This document shows positions 60,488 through 64,000 of a stretch of 64,000 nucleotides of DNA, in pieces; position 1 is the stretch's first letter; every line of letters starts with the position of its first letter. The DNA lies in assembly GCA_028693395.1 (NCBI GenBank), contig JAQUVJ010000003.1:2298-66297 (forward strand), in the 5' to 3' direction. A program made the translations under genes and the position numbers. The DNA comes from Candidatus Nanoarchaeia archaeon. Lineage in GTDB: Archaea; Nanobdellota; Nanobdellia; Woesearchaeales; JAQUVJ01. The notes beneath the pieces were generated by a model. The model was not told the DNA's origin. It was given only the letters and a program-made list of their open reading frames with translations, and made no database searches.

Positions 60488-61813
60488 TTAATGGTTATTA
60501 CTATAAATTTCAATTTCTTGAGATAATTTATTCATGTATTCTTGAATTTCTTTTTTATGATTTTCGTCATAAAATAAATAATCGTAAAATATATTGTATT
60601 TTATTAGAAAAGGTCTTTGATATATTGTGTTCCCGTCTTTTGTTGGTATTTGATTTTCAAAGTTAAATTTTACTCCTCTTGGTGGAGGTCCTACTTTTTT
60701 TATTATTTCTAATAATTTTTGCATCTCTCTAAAAAAATCATGTTCTAAAACCATGTAAAATTTTGGATTATTATCATAGTTTATTTCAACATAATGTTCA
60801 TTACTATTCAAATTTGAAAATGTATTTTTTAATTTATTTTTGTAACTTCCAATTCCTAAAACAGGATCAACATGTCCAGCCATTGATAATAAATCATTTT
60901 CTGATGTTAAAACCTCATCCATTCCTTTAATAAATTTAAATATTTCAAAATTTTGCATTTTTTTAGATAATTCTTCTTTAAAAAATCTCATAGTTTTTAA
61001 ACTTTTAAATTCCTCTTTTAAAAAATTAGAATCAAATTTATTTATTTGTCCTTCTGATTTTATTTTTAATATTTCAGATAAAGATAAGTATTCTCCTGAT
61101 AAATAAAGACTACTTGTTAAAACATCTTGAATTAAAAATTCATCATATTTTTCTTTATAATCATAATGAGTTTGAACTGTTATTTCATCAGGGTTTAATT
61201 CATATGCTAATTCTAAATCACTTCTTAATATTTTTCTATCATCTTCTTTATCATTTAAAAATCCAATTATATCATATGATACTCTTATATTTCTTTTTTT
61301 TAATTCTTCAGTTATTTTTTTTATTTCTTCAAATGTTGCAGGTATTCTGTTTTGATTTTTTAATGTTTCTTGATCAAATGTTTGAATTCCTATTATTACA
61401 TTGTCAAAATTATATTTCTTAAGAATATCTAATTGTTCCATACTCCAAAATGCTGGATGTAATTCAAATGTTTTTTCTCCTCTTTGTTTAAAATTTGGAA
61501 GAGATGAAAATAGTTTTTCTAATCTTTGTGTATCTAAAAGACTTGGAGTTCCTCCTCCAAAAAACCATGTTTTAATTTCTTTTTTTTCTAAGATATCTTT
61601 ATACATTTCAATTAATTTTGGTAAATATTTGTCATAATATCTTTCATATTCTTGCTGATTAAACAAAGTTCCTTTATAATAACAGAATTTACAGATAGAT
61701 TTACAAAATGGACTATGAATATAAACATTAATAGGTTTATTTACATTTTCCCATTTCTCTTCTATTTCTTCAAAAGAAATTTCTCTATATATTTCTGAAA
61801 ATTTTTTTGTCAT
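60488..61813 (-). CDS. HemN-like radical SAM enzyme (class C / coproporphyrinogen oxidase-like family)
   Basis: VYIHSPFCKSICKFCYY carries the CX3CX2C motif in the HemN IHIPFC context. FFGGGTPSLL and GIQTFD are present. Confidence 0.8.
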   Translation of the reverse strand: MTKKFSEIYREISFEEIEEKWENVNKPINVYIHSPFCKSICKFCYYKGTLFNQQEYERYYDKYLPKLIEMYKDILEKKEIKTWFFGGGTPSLLDTQRLEKLFSSLPNFKQRGEKTFELHPAFWSMEQLDILKKYNFDNVIIGIQTFDQETLKNQNRIPATFEEIKKITEELKKRNIRVSYDIIGFLNDKEDDRKILRSDLELAYELNPDEITVQTHYDYKEKYDEFLIQDVLTSSLYLSGEYLSLSEILKIKSEGQINKFDSNFLKEEFKSLKTMRFFKEELSKKMQNFEIFKFIKGMDEVLTSENDLLSMAGHVDPVLGIGSYKNKLKNTFSNLNSNEHYVEINYDNNPKFYMVLEHDFFREMQKLLEIIKKVGPPPRGVKFNFENQIPTKDGNTIYQRPFLIKYNIFYDYLFYDENHKKEIQEYMNKLSQEIEIYSNNH

Positions 61814-61827
61814 TTTTTATTTTAGTT

Positions 61828-62841
61828 TTATTTTTTTATTAATGAATCTTTAAATTTTTTCATTTGTTCTTCTGTTGCTGAATTTAATTCTTCATATCCA
61901 TAATCCCAAGGAGCACACATTCCTTTTAATGTGTCTGATTTTATTTTTGGTCTAAATGGTTGATTTGTTTTACATTGTCTACATCTTTCTACTGCTGAAC
62001 TACAATCAATTACTGAAAAATGGTAACCTTTATTTATTACTTCTTCCATTATATCATAGACTAAACCTTCATCATACATATGATAAAAATGGTCTTTATA
62101 TGCTCTCCATTTATCTTCTGGATAACATTTTTCAATTGCATCTCTATTATAATCTGAAATTTGAACTTCAACCATATCTAAATGTTTTAATCCTATTTTT
62201 TCAAAAAATGGTAATAATTCCATTATTTCTTCACGATGATGTGGCCATGATGGTTCTTCAACTGTTACAAAAAATCCCATTTCTTTTGCTAATTCCATAT
62301 TTTTTAATACTAATTTAGAAAAATTTGAAGCACTTAAATGAAATCTTATTTCATGAACACCTAAATTTTCTTTAAGTCTAATTAACATTTCTTTATTTGC
62401 TAATATTCCATTTGTATACAAAAAACGATATTGATGAATTCCTGTTTGTTTTTCCATATTATCTAAAATTAATGCTATTTTTTCTAATTCATTAATGTAA
62501 TACAATGTTTCTCCAGAACTTTGATATGAAAATGTTGTTGCTTTATATTGTTCTGGTCTTAAACTTTGGTAAAAGAAATCTGAAATTTTATTTTTTATTG
62601 AATCTGCTGATTCTTCTAATCTATTTGGATCGTAATAACAATAAGGACATTTACACATGCATTGTGTTCCTATTTGGATTCCTGAACCAGGTTCTTGAGT
62701 AAAACACATTCTACAACCTGGTGATATTTCTCCAACATGAAAACAATGGCCATCAGCATCTCTTTTTGCTCCCATTTTTAATAATTTTTCTTGTCTTGCT
62801 AATTTTTCTTGCATTATTTCTTGATATGGAACGACTCTCAT
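61828..62841 (-). CDS. Radical SAM protein (PFL-activase-related, COG2108-like) with an extra N-terminal Cys cluster
   Basis: GTQCMCKCPYCYY contains CX3CX2C. An upstream CFHVGEISPGCRMCF is present. C-terminal Cys residues occur in IDCSSAVERCRQC. The composition is less Lys/Asn-biased than the neighbouring genes. Confidence 0.7.
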   Translation of the reverse strand: MRVVPYQEIMQEKLARQEKLLKMGAKRDADGHCFHVGEISPGCRMCFTQEPGSGIQIGTQCMCKCPYCYYDPNRLEESADSIKNKISDFFYQSLRPEQYKATTFSYQSSGETLYYINELEKIALILDNMEKQTGIHQYRFLYTNGILANKEMLIRLKENLGVHEIRFHLSASNFSKLVLKNMELAKEMGFFVTVEEPSWPHHREEIMELLPFFEKIGLKHLDMVEVQISDYNRDAIEKCYPEDKWRAYKDHFYHMYDEGLVYDIMEEVINKGYHFSVIDCSSAVERCRQCKTNQPFRPKIKSDTLKGMCAPWDYGYEELNSATEEQMKKFKDSLIKK

Positions 62842-62909
62842 TTTTATCTCTCTTTAAAATTATCTTTTTTAATTTAAATGTTTTGATAAATTTAACTTAT
62901 AAAATTTCA

Positions 62910-64000
62910 TTAATTGTATATCATATGAACACAATTAGAAATTTCTTTATATAATACATTTATTCTTTCTAATATCTCAAAATTATTTGGATTTTCTTTT
63001 TCATAATATTTTAATAATTTCAATAACTTTTTTAATGTTTCATTTTTACCATAATTTATATCAAAATTTTTATTTTCTATTGATTTTATTGAGAATTTTT
63101 CATAATTTTTTTCAATATATGATTTTGGTGAAATAAAATAATCATAAAATTCAAATGAAATATTGCTAAAATCTTTATTTATTTTTTTTAAAAATTTTAA
63201 TTCTTCATAAAATATTTCTATTGTTTGACTTGGAATTCCAACTATATAAAATAATTTTACACTAATTTTTTGTTTATTTAATTCTTTTAATAAACTATAA
63301 ATTATTTTCAAAGATGGCATCTTTTTGTTAATATTTTTTGATAATGTTGGATGTAAACACTCAATACCAAATGCAACATTATTAAAACCTGCTTTTTTCA
63401 TTTTTTTTACTTGTTCAATTGTTAAACCATCAAAAGCTAAATCAGAATTTTGAATTTTTATTTTATTATTTATTTTTATTAAACCATCTAATAATTTATC
63501 AAATTCAAATTTATTTAATGTAGAATCATTAAATCTAATACTTTTTACACCTATTTGATTATAATATTTAAACCATTCAATTAAAACATCTCTTTTTAAT
63601 AAATTATATCTTGAAAGTGCTGGACTACTACAAAAATAACAATTATTAGCACAACCTCTTGATGATGATATCATAATATTATAATTTAAATATTCTAACT
63701 CATCTTTACTATATTTTGGTACATCATCTTTTGTTAATTTTGATAAATTATAAAAATGATTTGAATTATAAAATTCCTTTTCATTAATTAATAATTGATA
63801 CAAAGACTCTTCAAAATCTCCTCTTGTACAATAAAAACCCATTGATTTTAATGATTCATATGTAAAATCATTTAAAATTACTTCAGGGCCTCCAAAAGTT
63901 ATTTTTGAATTTGGGTATTTTTCTTTTAAAAAAAGTGCAATTATTGGTTGTATTGACAAATAAGCATCATAAAGAGAAAAACAATAAATATCATATCCTT
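62910..64000 (-). CDS. Cobalamin-binding (class B) radical SAM enzyme. Partial: the 5' end runs off the right window edge.
   Basis: SSSRGCANNCYFCSSP is a CX3CX2C motif. The track start at 63959 is TTG. The frame stays open upstream to the window end and reads GYDIYCFSLYDAYLSIQPIIALFLKEKYPNSKITFGGPEV, which is typical of a B12-binding domain. Confidence 0.75.
   Translation of the reverse strand, partial: GYDIYCFSLYDAYLSIQPIIALFLKEKYPNSKITFGGPEVILNDFTYESLKSMGFYCTRGDFEESLYQLLINEKEFYNSNHFYNLSKLTKDDVPKYSKDELEYLNYNIMISSSRGCANNCYFCSSPALSRYNLLKRDVLIEWFKYYNQIGVKSIRFNDSTLNKFEFDKLLDGLIKINNKIKIQNSDLAFDGLTIEQVKKMKKAGFNNVAFGIECLHPTLSKNINKKMPSLKIIYSLLKELNKQKISVKLFYIVGIPSQTIEIFYEELKFLKKINKDFSNISFEFYDYFISPKSYIEKNYEKFSIKSIENKNFDINYGKNETLKKLLKLLKYYEKENPNNFEILERINVLYKEISNCVHMIYN

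Overview
Very AT-rich window (about a quarter GC by eye, not computed), densely packed with about 60 genes on both strands. The core genes are clearly archaeal: RadA, aEF-1beta with its Zn-ribbon partner, uS15, SRP54, SecD/SecF, AglB/STT3, aMBF1, RFC-like AAA+, two RecJ/DHH paralogs, HisRS, TruD, ZPR1, UPF0147 and prefoldin-like. Bacterial-type extras are mixed in: MetK, an M15/VanY-like peptidase domain, LemA, PIG-L, Tag and AI-2E. The small proteins, low-complexity Asn/Lys inserts and many surface proteins suggest a DPANN-like reduced archaeon, but that is inference only. I found one tRNA (Gln-UUG). I found no rRNA, CRISPR array, transposase or integrase. Many track ORFs are artefacts, either poly-F/L/I/Y translations of T-rich spacers or antisense shadows. 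By hand translation I added three short genes below the track cutoff (TatA, a DUF5320-like protein, a Zn-ribbon protein) and extended two ORFs off the window edges. The best candidate for a new system is at the left edge (1..2729). A Cys-free, aromatic/Asp-rich small ORF is translationally coupled to a radical SAM enzyme with a complete SPASM motif. That enzyme overlaps a transglutaminase-like (lasso-B2/McjB-like) cysteine protease that runs off the window. A stand-alone PEP-synthase-type ATP-grasp gene is transcribed divergently. This looks like an archaeal RiPP-type peptide maturation cluster. Second-tier observations are a tandem of three different radical SAM classes at the right edge (60488..64000) near an orphan TatA and a secreted Cys-rich protein, and a GC-enriched ~135 nt structured element beside rps15 that I could not assign to any RNA family.
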